The notes below the pieces were generated by a model. That model searched no databases. It worked only from the letters and a program-made list of their open reading frames with translations, and was not told the DNA's origin. Of a stretch of DNA of 63,732 bases, positions 20,376-30,272 are shown piece by piece. Every line of letters begins with the position of its first letter. The first letter of the stretch is position 1. The translations under genes and the position numbers were made by a program. Origin of the DNA: an uncultured Treponema sp. (GTDB taxonomy: Bacteria > Spirochaetota > Spirochaetia > Treponematales > Treponemataceae); assembly GCA_964563305.1 (NCBI GenBank), contig CAZLXK010000001.1, positions 1 through 63,732 on the forward strand, given 5' to 3'.

Positions 20376-20731
20376 GTGACGGAATTTATTCAGCGTATTT
20401 TAAAACTGACAATTCAATGTTTCGAGTAAGCGAAGCAAATCATAACAAGGGAAGTCTTAACGTAAAAAACGGAAAGATGACAATTCACGTAAGTCTTGCG
20501 AGCAAAAATATTGTAAATCTTTATCTTGGTCTTGCTGAAGATGCAAAAGTCAACGAAAAATCTTGGCTTAATCCTACAGAAGATTTAGTTACTTACGACG
20601 ATGGATTTAGTGAAACAGTTTACGGTTTTGACATTCCAGTAAAAGAACTTGACCAAAAATTTGATCTTGCTTTGCTTGGAAAAAAAGGCACTTGGTATAA
20701 TCACAAAGTAAGCGTCAGTTTGGCTGAATAA
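20372..20731 (+). CDS. Beta-rich (NEAT-like) domain, probable -1 frame continuation of cbiK
   Basis: Frame is open from the A9 tract: LSDGIYSAYFKTDNSMFRVSE; no RBS evident before ATG 20417. Confidence 0.7.
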   Translation, partial: LSDGIYSAYFKTDNSMFRVSEANHNKGSLNVKNGKMTIHVSLASKNIVNLYLGLAEDAKVNEKSWLNPTEDLVTYDDGFSETVYGFDIPVKELDQKFDLALLGKKGTWYNHKVSVSLAE

Positions 20732-20752
20732 TTTTTTAATAATCTAAAAAAA

Positions 20753-22363
20753 ATGAAACTTTGGAAACTTCATATTAAAAAATTCATTTCGATTTTTTTC
20801 GCAACAAGTTTGATTTTGTTTTCGTTTAGTTTTTGTTCTAGCAAAAATCAAAATCAGAAAAATGCAAAAAATTTAAATGATGGAATTTATGAAGTTTCTG
20901 TAAGTTTAAAAGGCGGAAGTGGAAAAACTAAAATAATTTCTCCCGCAAAACTTATTGTTAAAAATAAAAAGCAAAACTTACAAATTGTTTTTACTTCAAA
21001 AAATTATGATTATATAATCGTTGACAAAAAAAAATATTTAAATGAAAGTCCAAACGATTTTTCAAGTTTTACAATTCCCATAAAAAACACAGGCGAAAAT
21101 TTAAAAATAATTGCAAACACAAATGCAATGAGTTCTTCGCACGAAATTGAGTATGAAATTGTTTTTGATTCGGACATTTCTTCAAGCGAAAATCTTTCAA
21201 GTAAAAATCTAAAAACTAAAAATTCAAAAACTAAATCCGCTGAAAATAAAAATCCGCAAAACTTAAAAAATCAAAACTTAAATGCAAACTTAAATAAAAA
21301 ATCAAACATAAATTTTGAAGATTTAAAAATCACAAAAAAATTAAATTTAACTTACGCAAAAGAATTTTCTGTGGATTTTTATGACGATTACAAATTGATT
21401 ACAATTTCTAGCAAAGACAAATTTTTTCTTGTTCCTGAAAATTTTGAAGTTCCAAAAAATCTTCCTAAAAGTTTTACAGTTTTAAGGCAACCTTTAGATA
21501 AAACTTATTTGGTTTCAAGTTCTGTAATAGATTTTATTACAACGCTTAACGCTTTAGATTTTATAAAATTTTCTGGAATTAAAGAAAACGCTTTGTTCAT
21601 TCAAGACGCAAAAAATGCAATGCAAAATAAAAAAATTTTGTACGCTGGAAAATATAATGCTCCGGATTATGAACTTTTGTATTCATCAAATTGTAACTTT
21701 GCGATTGAAAACACAATGATTTATCATAGTCCGCAAGTAATTGAAAAACTTGAAGAATTAGAAATTCCAGTTCTCGTAGAAAAATCAACTTACGAAAATC
21801 ATCCGCTTGGAAGATTAGAATGGATAAAACTTTACGGTTTGCTTTTTAATCGCGAAGAACTTGCTCAAAAATTTTTTGCTGAACAAGAATCAAAAATCAC
21901 TTCAATAATTCAAAATAAAAATTCTAATAAAACTGTTGTATTCTTTTTTATTACATCAAATGGTTCTGTAAACGTAAGAAGGCCAAACGATTATATTGCA
22001 AAAATTATAAATCTTTCTGGCGGAAAATATATTTTTGATGATTTGTCTTCTGAATCAGAAAATTCACTTTCTACAATGAATATGCAATTTGAAAATTTTT
22101 ATTTAAAATCTGTAAACGCTGACATTTTAATTTACAACAATACAATCGACAGAAATCTTTTTACAATAGAAGATTTGCTTAAAAAAAATGCAATGTTTAA
22201 AGATTTTAAAGCTTACAAAGAAAATAAAATTTATTGTACGCAAAAAAATTTTTTTCAGGAAACTACAGGACTTGCGGATTTTATGCAAGATTTAAATAAA
22301 ATTTTTTCTGATGATGATTCGGATTTAAAATATATAAAAAAATTAAATTCTTTAAGCGACTAA
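20753..22363 (+). CDS. Corrinoid/iron ABC substrate-binding lipoprotein with extra N-terminal domain
   Basis: Lipobox FSFC; DGIYEVSVSLKGGSG domain; PLGRLEWIK. Confidence 0.85.
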   Translation: MKLWKLHIKKFISIFFATSLILFSFSFCSSKNQNQKNAKNLNDGIYEVSVSLKGGSGKTKIISPAKLIVKNKKQNLQIVFTSKNYDYIIVDKKKYLNESPNDFSSFTIPIKNTGENLKIIANTNAMSSSHEIEYEIVFDSDISSSENLSSKNLKTKNSKTKSAENKNPQNLKNQNLNANLNKKSNINFEDLKITKKLNLTYAKEFSVDFYDDYKLITISSKDKFFLVPENFEVPKNLPKSFTVLRQPLDKTYLVSSSVIDFITTLNALDFIKFSGIKENALFIQDAKNAMQNKKILYAGKYNAPDYELLYSSNCNFAIENTMIYHSPQVIEKLEELEIPVLVEKSTYENHPLGRLEWIKLYGLLFNREELAQKFFAEQESKITSIIQNKNSNKTVVFFFITSNGSVNVRRPNDYIAKIINLSGGKYIFDDLSSESENSLSTMNMQFENFYLKSVNADILIYNNTIDRNLFTIEDLLKKNAMFKDFKAYKENKIYCTQKNFFQETTGLADFMQDLNKIFSDDDSDLKYIKKLNSLSD

Positions 22364-22401
22364 AATTTTGTGATTAAAAGTTCGCAAAAAAAAATGCAAA
22401 A

Positions 22402-23412
22402 ATGAAAAAGCGATATTTGTTTACATTTTTAATTATGTTTTTTATTTTACTCATTATTTTTTTCTGGAACATTTCGATTGGAAGTGTGAATTTAAAATTT
22501 TCAGAAATCTTAAAAATCTTATTTAGAAAATCATCAAATATTTCTGCTTACAAAATAATTTGGAACATAAGACTTCCGCGAATTTTTGCTGCAATAATTT
22601 TAGGCGGAGCACTTTGTGTTTCTGGATTTTTACTTCAAACATTTTTTTCAAATCCAATCGCCGGACCTTACGTTTTAGGAATTTCTTCTGGAGCAAAACT
22701 TTTTGTCGCACTTGCAATGATTTTCTTTTTAAGTCGCGGAATAAATTTAAACTCTTGGGGAATGATTTGTGCAGCGTTTTTTGGTTCAATGATTTCTTTA
22801 CTTTTAGTTTTGCTTATTTCATTTAAAGTTCACAATATGTCGGTTCTTGTAGTTTGCGGAATTATGATTGGTTACATTTGTTCAGCAATTACAGATTTTT
22901 TTATAACATTCGCTGACGATTCAAATATTGTAAATTTACATAATTGGTCGCTCGGAAGTTTTTCTGGCACAAACTGGAACGACGTTTTTGTAATGTCGAT
23001 TATTGTAGGAAGCGTTTGTTTGTTTACGTTTTTTTTGTCAAAACCAATAAGTGCTTATCAACTTGGCGAAGTTTACGCTCAAAATTTAGGCGTTAACATA
23101 AAACTTTTGCGACTTGCTTTAATCATTTTTTCAAGTTTACTTTCCGCTTGCGTTACATCTTTTGCCGGACCAATTTCTTTTGTAGGAATTGCAGTTCCTC
23201 ATTTAGTAAAAACTTTTGTCGGCACAAACAAACCAATCATTTTGCTTCCGTCTTGTTTTTTAAGCGGAGCAATAGTTGTGCTTTTTTGTGATGGAATTGC
23301 AAGAAGCGTTTTTGCTCCAACAGAATTTAGCATTAGCACAGTAACCGCAATTTTTCTTGCGCCAGTTGTTGTTTTTATGATGTTAAAAAGACAAGACAAG
23401 AAGGAAATATGA
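22402..23412 (+). CDS. BtuC/FecCD-family permease
   Basis: IRLPR, NPIAGPYVLGISSGA, FVGIAVPH. Confidence 0.92.
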   Translation: MKKRYLFTFLIMFFILLIIFFWNISIGSVNLKFSEILKILFRKSSNISAYKIIWNIRLPRIFAAIILGGALCVSGFLLQTFFSNPIAGPYVLGISSGAKLFVALAMIFFLSRGINLNSWGMICAAFFGSMISLLLVLLISFKVHNMSVLVVCGIMIGYICSAITDFFITFADDSNIVNLHNWSLGSFSGTNWNDVFVMSIIVGSVCLFTFFLSKPISAYQLGEVYAQNLGVNIKLLRLALIIFSSLLSACVTSFAGPISFVGIAVPHLVKTFVGTNKPIILLPSCFLSGAIVVLFCDGIARSVFAPTEFSISTVTAIFLAPVVVFMMLKRQDKKEI

Positions 23413-25811
23413 AAACTGTTTTAAGCACAAAAGAACTTTCGGTTGGTTATGGAAAACATTGCATCGTTTCTGGAATTGACATAAATATTCAAAGTGGAAA
23501 AATTATTACGCTTATTGGACCAAATGGTTCAGGAAAATCAACAGTTTTAAAAACGATTATAAAACAATTAAAAACTTTAGGCGGGAAAATTTTTGTTTTA
23601 GAAAAAGATTTGTCGTCGCTAAAAGAAAATCAAATTGCAAAAAATATTTCTATTGTGATGACGCAAAAAATCAAAAATCAAGAATTAACTTGCCGCGAAA
23701 TAATTTCAAGCGGAAGATATCAATTTACAAATCGACTTGGAATTCTTTCTAACAAAGATAAATTAAAAGTTGAAGAGGCAATAAAAATTGTAAACGCACA
23801 AGATTTTGCTGAAACAAAATTTTCTAAAATAAGCGACGGTCAAAAACAAAGAGTAATGCTTGCTCGAGCAATTTGTCAGGAAACACAAATAATTGTGCTC
23901 GATGAACCAACTTCTTATTTGGATTTGCATTACAAACTTGAACTCATAAAAATTATAAATTCTTTGGCGAAAAATCAAAACAAAACAATCATAATGTCGC
24001 TGCACGAACTTGATCTTGTAAAAATGATTTCTGATGAAGTGATTTGTCTTGATGGAAAAAAAGTTGTAAAAATGGGAAGTGTTCAAGAAATTTTTTCAGG
24101 AAATTTTATTCAAAAACTTTACGGATTAAATGATGATGAATTTGATCCAAAAACTTGCACTTTAAAAGTTAATCTTAAAACTAAAGTTCAAGTTGAATCT
24201 CAAATTTTGTCGCAAAATTTTATTCAAAAAAATCAGACTAAAATTCAAAAATCAGAATTATCGCAAAATAAAAAATTTTCTGTTTCGCAAATCAATCAGT
24301 TTAATCAGTTCAATCAAAAAAATCAGTTTTTAAAATCAAACAAAAAAGCAAAAATTATTATGATTCAAGGCACAATGTCGAACGCTGGAAAAAGTTTTTT
24401 TGTTGCAGGACTTTGTCGCGTTTTTAAGCAAGACGGATTTAAAGTTGCGCCTTTTAAATCTCAAAATATGGCGTTAAATTCTTTTATCACAAAAGAAGGT
24501 TTAGAAATGGGACGAGCGCAAGTTATGCAAGCTCAAGCTTGTGGAATAGAACCGATTGTTTGTATGAATCCAATTTTGTTAAAACCCACAAACGATAAAT
24601 CATCGCAAGTAATTGTCAACGGTGAAGTTTTAAAAAATATGAATGCGAAAGATTATTTTGATTACAAAAAAAATTTAATTCCGCAAATAATAAACGCTTT
24701 TCAAAAACTTGAAAAACTTTACGACATAATTGTGATTGAAGGGGCGGGAAGTCCAGCAGAAATAAATCTTCGCAAAAACGATATTGTAAATATGGGACTT
24801 GCAGAACTTTTAGGTGCTCCAGTTGTTTTAGTTGCAGACATTGACAGAGGCGGAGTTTTTGCACAAATCTTAGGAACGATTGAGCTTTTAGAAAAATCAG
24901 AAAAAGAAAAAGTTGAAGGTTTTGTAATAAATAAATTTCGTGGCGACAAATCACTTTTGGATTCTGGAATTAAAATGATTGAAGATAAAACTCAAAAGAA
25001 ATCTTTGGGCGTTCTTCCGTATTTAAATATTTTTCTTGATGATGAAGATTCGCTTTCAAATTCTTTTGCAAGTAAAAAATTTTCTTTAATAAATCTTGGC
25101 GTTATAAAACTTCCGCACATTTCAAATTTTACAGATTTTGCAGTTTTTGAACAAATCGAAAATGTCAGTTTACATTACATAAAAAATCCGAGGGAACTTG
25201 AAAAAATGGATTTGATCTTTTTGCCCGGAAGTAAAAATTCTATTTCGGATTTGCAGTGGATAAAAAAATCTGGAATTGAAAATGCAATAAAAAAATTTGC
25301 TAAGAAAAAAATTGTCTTTGGAATTTGCGGCGGATTTCAAATGCTTGGAAAAACAATTTCTGATCCGTTTAATGTTGAAGAAGGCGGAAAAATAAATGCT
25401 TTAAATCTTTTAGATTTTGAAACTGAACTTCAAAAAGAAAAAACTCGAAGTCAAACACGCGGAACTTTGCCAAATCTAAAAGGAAATTTTAAATTTCTTT
25501 CAGGAAAAAAATATTCAGGCTACGAAATTCATATGGGAAAAACAATTCGTTCAGGAAAAATAAATTATTTTCCAAAAGGTGCTTTTTATAAAAATGTTGC
25601 AGGAACTTATATTCACGGATTTTTTGATGATGATGACATTGCTTTGAGTTTAGTAAAATTTCTTGCAGAAAAGAAAGGCGTTAACTTAAAACAGAATTCT
25701 TTTGACTTTAAAAAATTTAAAGATGAACAATTTGACATTTTAGCAAGTTCAATCAGAAAATTTATTGATATGGAAAAAATCTATAAAATTTTAAAGGAAG
25801 CAAAAATTTAA
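23409..25811 (+). CDS. cbiP: Fusion of BtuD/FecE-type ABC ATPase and cobyric acid synthase
   Basis: GPNGSGKS, SDGQKQR, LDEPT; then QGTMSNAGKS, PFKSQNM, EGAGSPAE, GICGGFQMLG. Confidence 0.9.
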   Translation: MKTVLSTKELSVGYGKHCIVSGIDINIQSGKIITLIGPNGSGKSTVLKTIIKQLKTLGGKIFVLEKDLSSLKENQIAKNISIVMTQKIKNQELTCREIISSGRYQFTNRLGILSNKDKLKVEEAIKIVNAQDFAETKFSKISDGQKQRVMLARAICQETQIIVLDEPTSYLDLHYKLELIKIINSLAKNQNKTIIMSLHELDLVKMISDEVICLDGKKVVKMGSVQEIFSGNFIQKLYGLNDDEFDPKTCTLKVNLKTKVQVESQILSQNFIQKNQTKIQKSELSQNKKFSVSQINQFNQFNQKNQFLKSNKKAKIIMIQGTMSNAGKSFFVAGLCRVFKQDGFKVAPFKSQNMALNSFITKEGLEMGRAQVMQAQACGIEPIVCMNPILLKPTNDKSSQVIVNGEVLKNMNAKDYFDYKKNLIPQIINAFQKLEKLYDIIVIEGAGSPAEINLRKNDIVNMGLAELLGAPVVLVADIDRGGVFAQILGTIELLEKSEKEKVEGFVINKFRGDKSLLDSGIKMIEDKTQKKSLGVLPYLNIFLDDEDSLSNSFASKKFSLINLGVIKLPHISNFTDFAVFEQIENVSLHYIKNPRELEKMDLIFLPGSKNSISDLQWIKKSGIENAIKKFAKKKIVFGICGGFQMLGKTISDPFNVEEGGKINALNLLDFETELQKEKTRSQTRGTLPNLKGNFKFLSGKKYSGYEIHMGKTIRSGKINYFPKGAFYKNVAGTYIHGFFDDDDIALSLVKFLAEKKGVNLKQNSFDFKKFKDEQFDILASSIRKFIDMEKIYKILKEAKI

Positions 25812-26840
25812 ATGACTGAATACAAAACTTATTATTCTAAAATAAAAAATAATTGGGACTTAATTGCAAAACCTTTAGACAGTTTAGGAAAACTTGAAAA
25901 CTTAATTTCGCAAATTGGAGCGATTCAGAAAAAAGTTTATCCGAGCGTAAAAAAAAGTGTCGCTTTAATTTTGTGTTCTGACAACGGAATTGTTGAAGAA
26001 GGCGTAAGTCAGTCAAATCAAAATGTTACAAAAATTTGTGCTAGAAATATTGCTGCAAAAAAAACAACAGTTGGAATTATTGCAAAATCTTCGCACACAA
26101 AAATTAAAGTTATCGATTTGGGAATTAATTCATCAGAAAAAATTAAAAATGTTCTTGATAAAAAAATCCGCAAAAGCACAAGAAATTTTGCAAAAGAAAG
26201 TGCTATGACTTTTGATGAGATGCAAAGTGCAATAAAAATTGGCGAGGAACTTGTAAAGCGATGTAAAGAAAAACATTACAATATTATTTGCGTTGGAGAA
26301 ATGGGAATTGGAAACACAACAACTTCTGCAGCGATTGTTTCTTCGATTTTAAAATGTGATGCAAAAAAAATTGTTGGAAGAGGTGCTGGTCTTTCTGACG
26401 AAGGTTTAAGAAAAAAAATTTTAGTAATTGAAAATGCAATAAAAAAATATAATCTTTACGAAAAAAGTCCTTTGGAAATTTTACAAACTGTTGGTGGCTT
26501 TGACATTGCAGGAATGCTTGGAATTTTTCTTGGTGCAAAAAAATATGAAGTTCCAGTTGTTTTAGATGGAGTTGTAAGTTTTGCTGCAGCTTTAGTTGCT
26601 CAAGGTTTAGAAAGCGACATAACAAAATATCTTATTCTGTCACATAAAAGTCGCGAACCTTTAGTAAATGAAGTTATCAAAAATTTAAACTTGTCGCCGA
26701 TTTTAGATGCTGATATGGCGTTGGGCGAAGGAAGCGGAGCCGTCTTGATGATGAACATAATTAAAATTGCACTTGAAATTTACAAAAAAAATGTTCCGTT
26801 TAAAAAATCAGGAGTTGAACAATATAAGCGTTATGATTGA
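25812..26840 (+). CDS. cobT: Nicotinate-nucleotide-DMB phosphoribosyltransferase
   Basis: KPLDSLGKLE, GEMGIGNTT, LGEGSGA. Confidence 0.93.
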   Translation: MTEYKTYYSKIKNNWDLIAKPLDSLGKLENLISQIGAIQKKVYPSVKKSVALILCSDNGIVEEGVSQSNQNVTKICARNIAAKKTTVGIIAKSSHTKIKVIDLGINSSEKIKNVLDKKIRKSTRNFAKESAMTFDEMQSAIKIGEELVKRCKEKHYNIICVGEMGIGNTTTSAAIVSSILKCDAKKIVGRGAGLSDEGLRKKILVIENAIKKYNLYEKSPLEILQTVGGFDIAGMLGIFLGAKKYEVPVVLDGVVSFAAALVAQGLESDITKYLILSHKSREPLVNEVIKNLNLSPILDADMALGEGSGAVLMMNIIKIALEIYKKNVPFKKSGVEQYKRYD

Positions 26841-27438
26841 ATTAATTTACGGCGGAAGTGGAAGTGGCAAATCTTCTTTTGCAGAAGATGAAATAATGAA
26901 GATAAAAAACTCTCAAAAATTTTATATTGCAACTATGAAAAATCTTGATGAAGAATCTGCAAAAAAAATTTTACGTCACAAAGAAATGCGTAAAAATAAA
27001 AATTTCATCACGATTGAACAAAGCGAAAATTTAAGCGAAGCCTGTAAAATTATTTGTGATTTAAAAAATCAGAACAAAAATCTTGAAGAACTTGAGGAAA
27101 CTGCAAAGTTAAAAAATCAACAAAATCAAAATAAAACAAAAAAAAATTCAGTTTTACTTGAATGTGTATCAAATTTACTTGCAAACGAAATGTTTAAAAA
27201 TGGAAAAAAATTAAATCAAAATTTTGTCGCAAAAAAAATCATAAGCGATTTAGAAAAAATTATTTCTTGCACGGACAATTTATTTATCGTTAGCAATAAT
27301 ATTTTTGATGATGGGATTGAATATTCGCAAAGCTCAAAAAATTATATGATTGCACTTTCAAAAATAAATTCTTACATTGCAAAAAGAGCAGATAATGTTT
27401 TTGAAGTTGTTGTTGGCTTTCCACAAAAAAGAAAGTGA
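26833..27438 (+). CDS. cobU: Adenosylcobinamide kinase/guanylyltransferase
   Basis: GGSGSGKSSFAE, YIATM, LLECVSNL; start at ATG 26833. Confidence 0.88.
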   Translation: MIELIYGGSGSGKSSFAEDEIMKIKNSQKFYIATMKNLDEESAKKILRHKEMRKNKNFITIEQSENLSEACKIICDLKNQNKNLEELEETAKLKNQQNQNKTKKNSVLLECVSNLLANEMFKNGKKLNQNFVAKKIISDLEKIISCTDNLFIVSNNIFDDGIEYSQSSKNYMIALSKINSYIAKRADNVFEVVVGFPQKRK

Positions 27439-27459
27439 ATTTTAAAAAGTGAGCGTTTT

Positions 27460-28245
27460 ATGAATTTTATAAAAAAATTTTTCAAATCTTTTGCAGTTGC
27501 ATTTTCTCTTTATTCAAAAATTCCAATGCCGAAATTTACTTGGAATTCTTCTGATATGGATTTTCATCTTTGTTTTTTTTCGCTGATTGGATTTGTAATC
27601 GCGTTGATTGAATACGTTTGGAATTTACTTTTTTTCAAATTTAATTTTAATCAGATTTTTTATGTTTTAATTTCAATTTTCATTCCGATTTTAATTACTG
27701 GCGGATTTCATCTCGATGGATTTTTGGACACAATGGACGCAATAAATTCTTATCAGTCAAAAGACAAAAAACTTGAAATCTTAAAAGATTCGCACATTGG
27801 AGCATTTTCTGTAATCAGCGTAATAAGTTATTTTTTACTCGCGATTGCATTTTCTTTTTTAATAAATAATTTTGCAGCGTTTATTTGCATTTTTTTTTCA
27901 TTCATAGTTTCAAGAATTTTAAGCGGATTATCAGTCGTTTATTTTCCAAAAGCAAAAACTCAAGGAATGCTTTTTACAGAATCAAAAAGTCAAAATAAAA
28001 AATTTGTAAGCCTTTGTTTGATTTTAGAACTTATCCTAACGTTAGGTTTTTTGATTTTTATAAATTTAAAAGATTGGAAATTTACGTTGGGATTTTGTTT
28101 AAGTTTTAGTTTTTCATTTTTATATTATTTTTTTATGAGTAAAAATAAATTCGGCGGAATTACTGGCGATTTAGCGGGATTTTTTGTTTGCATTTCAGAA
28201 CTTTTAGTTTTAATTGTAATGGGATTTATTTGTTTGATTTTTTAA
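27460..28245 (+). CDS. cobS: Cobalamin synthase
   Basis: TGGFHLDGFLDTMD, KDSHIGAF, GGITGD. Confidence 0.93.
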   Translation: MNFIKKFFKSFAVAFSLYSKIPMPKFTWNSSDMDFHLCFFSLIGFVIALIEYVWNLLFFKFNFNQIFYVLISIFIPILITGGFHLDGFLDTMDAINSYQSKDKKLEILKDSHIGAFSVISVISYFLLAIAFSFLINNFAAFICIFFSFIVSRILSGLSVVYFPKAKTQGMLFTESKSQNKKFVSLCLILELILTLGFLIFINLKDWKFTLGFCLSFSFSFLYYFFMSKNKFGGITGDLAGFFVCISELLVLIVMGFICLIF

Positions 28246-28266
28246 TATTAAATTTCGGAGAAAAAA

Positions 28267-28656
28267 ATGGAATTATATATTGGAGGATTTTCACAAGGAA
28301 AATTAAACTTTGTAAAATCAGTTTATCCAAATTACAAAGTTTTTGATCAAAATGATTTTGAAAAAATTTTATCTCTAAAAAACGAGAAATTTATTTGGAA
28401 CAATTTTCACTTAACAATAAAAAATTTATTGAATTCAAAAATCCAAAGTTCAAAAATAGAAAATGACTTATCAAAAATAATTTTAAATAATCCAAAAATC
28501 ATAATAATTTCTTGTGAAATTGGAAGCGGAATTATTCCTTTAGAAAAAGACGAAAGATTTTACAGAGAATTTACTGGAAGACTTTTATGCCAAATTGCAA
28601 AAAAATCACGAAAGGTCGTAAGAATTATATGCGGTTTAACTCAGCGATTAAAATAA
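28267..28656 (+). CDS. Short CobU-like paralogue
   Basis: IGGFSQGK, EIGSGIIP, YREFTGR. Confidence 0.8.
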   Translation: MELYIGGFSQGKLNFVKSVYPNYKVFDQNDFEKILSLKNEKFIWNNFHLTIKNLLNSKIQSSKIENDLSKIILNNPKIIIISCEIGSGIIPLEKDERFYREFTGRLLCQIAKKSRKVVRIICGLTQRLK

Positions 28657-29243
28657 ATTTTACTTTAATTCGGCACGGAAAAACTCAAAGCAATTTAGAA
28701 AAACGTTATCTCGGAAAAACTGACGAACGTTTGTGTGAAAAAGGAATTCAAGAAATCAAAAAAAATCTTAACGAAAAAAAATATCCAAACGCTGATTTAG
28801 TTTTTTCAAGTCCGCTAAAACGTTGCACGCAAACTGCAAAACTTATTTATCCAAATTCAAAAATCACAAAAGTCAAAAATTTCAGAGAAATAGATTTTGG
28901 AGATTTTGAGGGGAAAAATTTTGATGAATTAAAAGATGACAAAAAATATATTCGCTGGATTTCAAGCAACGGAAACTTAAAATTTCCAAATGGAGAATCA
29001 CAAAAAAAATTTGTAAAAAGAAATTTTCGTTCTTTCAAAAAAATTATTTTAAAAATCAAAAAAACAAAAACTCAAGATTTAAAAGTTTCGCTTGTAGTTC
29101 ATGGCGGAACAATCATGGCAATTCTTTCATCAATTACAAAACAAGATTATTTTAATTTTCAAGTTGAAAATGGCGAAGGATTTTCTTTTGCGTTGATTTG
29201 TGAAAAGTCAAATTTAAAATTGGAGAGTTTATGCAAAATATAA
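28629..29243 (+). CDS. cobC: Alpha-ribazole phosphatase (histidine phosphatase)
   Basis: RHG, SSPLKRC, EIDFGDFEG, VHGGTI. Confidence 0.85.
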   Translation: MRFNSAIKINFTLIRHGKTQSNLEKRYLGKTDERLCEKGIQEIKKNLNEKKYPNADLVFSSPLKRCTQTAKLIYPNSKITKVKNFREIDFGDFEGKNFDELKDDKKYIRWISSNGNLKFPNGESQKKFVKRNFRSFKKIILKIKKTKTQDLKVSLVVHGGTIMAILSSITKQDYFNFQVENGEGFSFALICEKSNLKLESLCKI

Positions 29244-30238
29244 TTTTTTATCATTTGATTGCTTTTGTGCTTGGTTTTGTTCTCGATTTGATTTTTGGCG
29301 ATCCAGAGTTTATGCCGCATCCTGTAAGATTGATTGGAAAATTAATCTCAAGTTTAGAAATTTTTTTTATTGGCAAAAAGGGAAGTGAAAAAAAATTAAG
29401 TTCTCGCACAAAAAGATTTTACGGAATTCTTACAGAAATAATTGTTTGCTTAAGTTCAACAATTTTAGTTGTAATTATTATGTTTACATCATATAAAATC
29501 AATTTAATTTTTGGTTGCGTTATTGAAAGCGTTTTAACTTATTATCTTTTGGCGACAAAATCTTTAAAAGATGAAAGTATGAAAGTTTACAAAGATTTAA
29601 AAAATAATTCGCTTGAAAAAGCAAGAATAAGTCTTTCGTTTATAGTTGGACGCGACACAGAAAATTTATCAAAACAAGAAATTTGTAAAGCAACTGTCGA
29701 AACTATTGCAGAAAATACTTGCGACGGAGTAATTGCACCTTTGTTTTACACAGCGTTGGGCGGTCCAGTTTTAGGATTTCTTTATAAAAGCGTAAACACA
29801 CTTGATTCAATGATTGCTTATAAAAACGAACGTTATTTAGATTTTGGAAGATGTGCGGCAAAAACTGATGATTTTTTTAATTTTATTCCGTCTCGATTAA
29901 GTGCAATTTTGATGATTTTTTCTTGCAGAATTTTAAAAAAAGATTTTGATGCAAAAAACGCAAAACAAATTTTTTTGAGAGACAGATTTAATCACGAAAG
30001 TCCAAATTCAGCACAAACAGAAAGCACTTGTGCTGGAGCATTAAGAATAAAACTTGGCGGACCTACATATTACGAAGGCAAATTAGAAAATAAAAAATTT
30101 TTAGGTGATGATTTAAGACAAATCGAAATTCAAGATATAAAAAAAGCAAACAAACTTCTTTACGCAACTGCAATAAGTGCAGAACTTTTTGCAAGTATTA
30201 TAATGATTTTGATTTTAGTTTTATTAAAAATTTTATAA
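29231..30238 (+). CDS. cbiB: Adenosylcobinamide-phosphate synthase
   Basis: GDP..PHPV, VGRDT, NTLDSM, HESPN. Confidence 0.93.
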   Translation: MQNIIFYHLIAFVLGFVLDLIFGDPEFMPHPVRLIGKLISSLEIFFIGKKGSEKKLSSRTKRFYGILTEIIVCLSSTILVVIIMFTSYKINLIFGCVIESVLTYYLLATKSLKDESMKVYKDLKNNSLEKARISLSFIVGRDTENLSKQEICKATVETIAENTCDGVIAPLFYTALGGPVLGFLYKSVNTLDSMIAYKNERYLDFGRCAAKTDDFFNFIPSRLSAILMIFSCRILKKDFDAKNAKQIFLRDRFNHESPNSAQTESTCAGALRIKLGGPTYYEGKLENKKFLGDDLRQIEIQDIKKANKLLYATAISAELFASIIMILILVLLKIL

Positions 30239-30272
30239 AAATTTTTGGCAACTTTTTAATTGGAGAAAAAAA

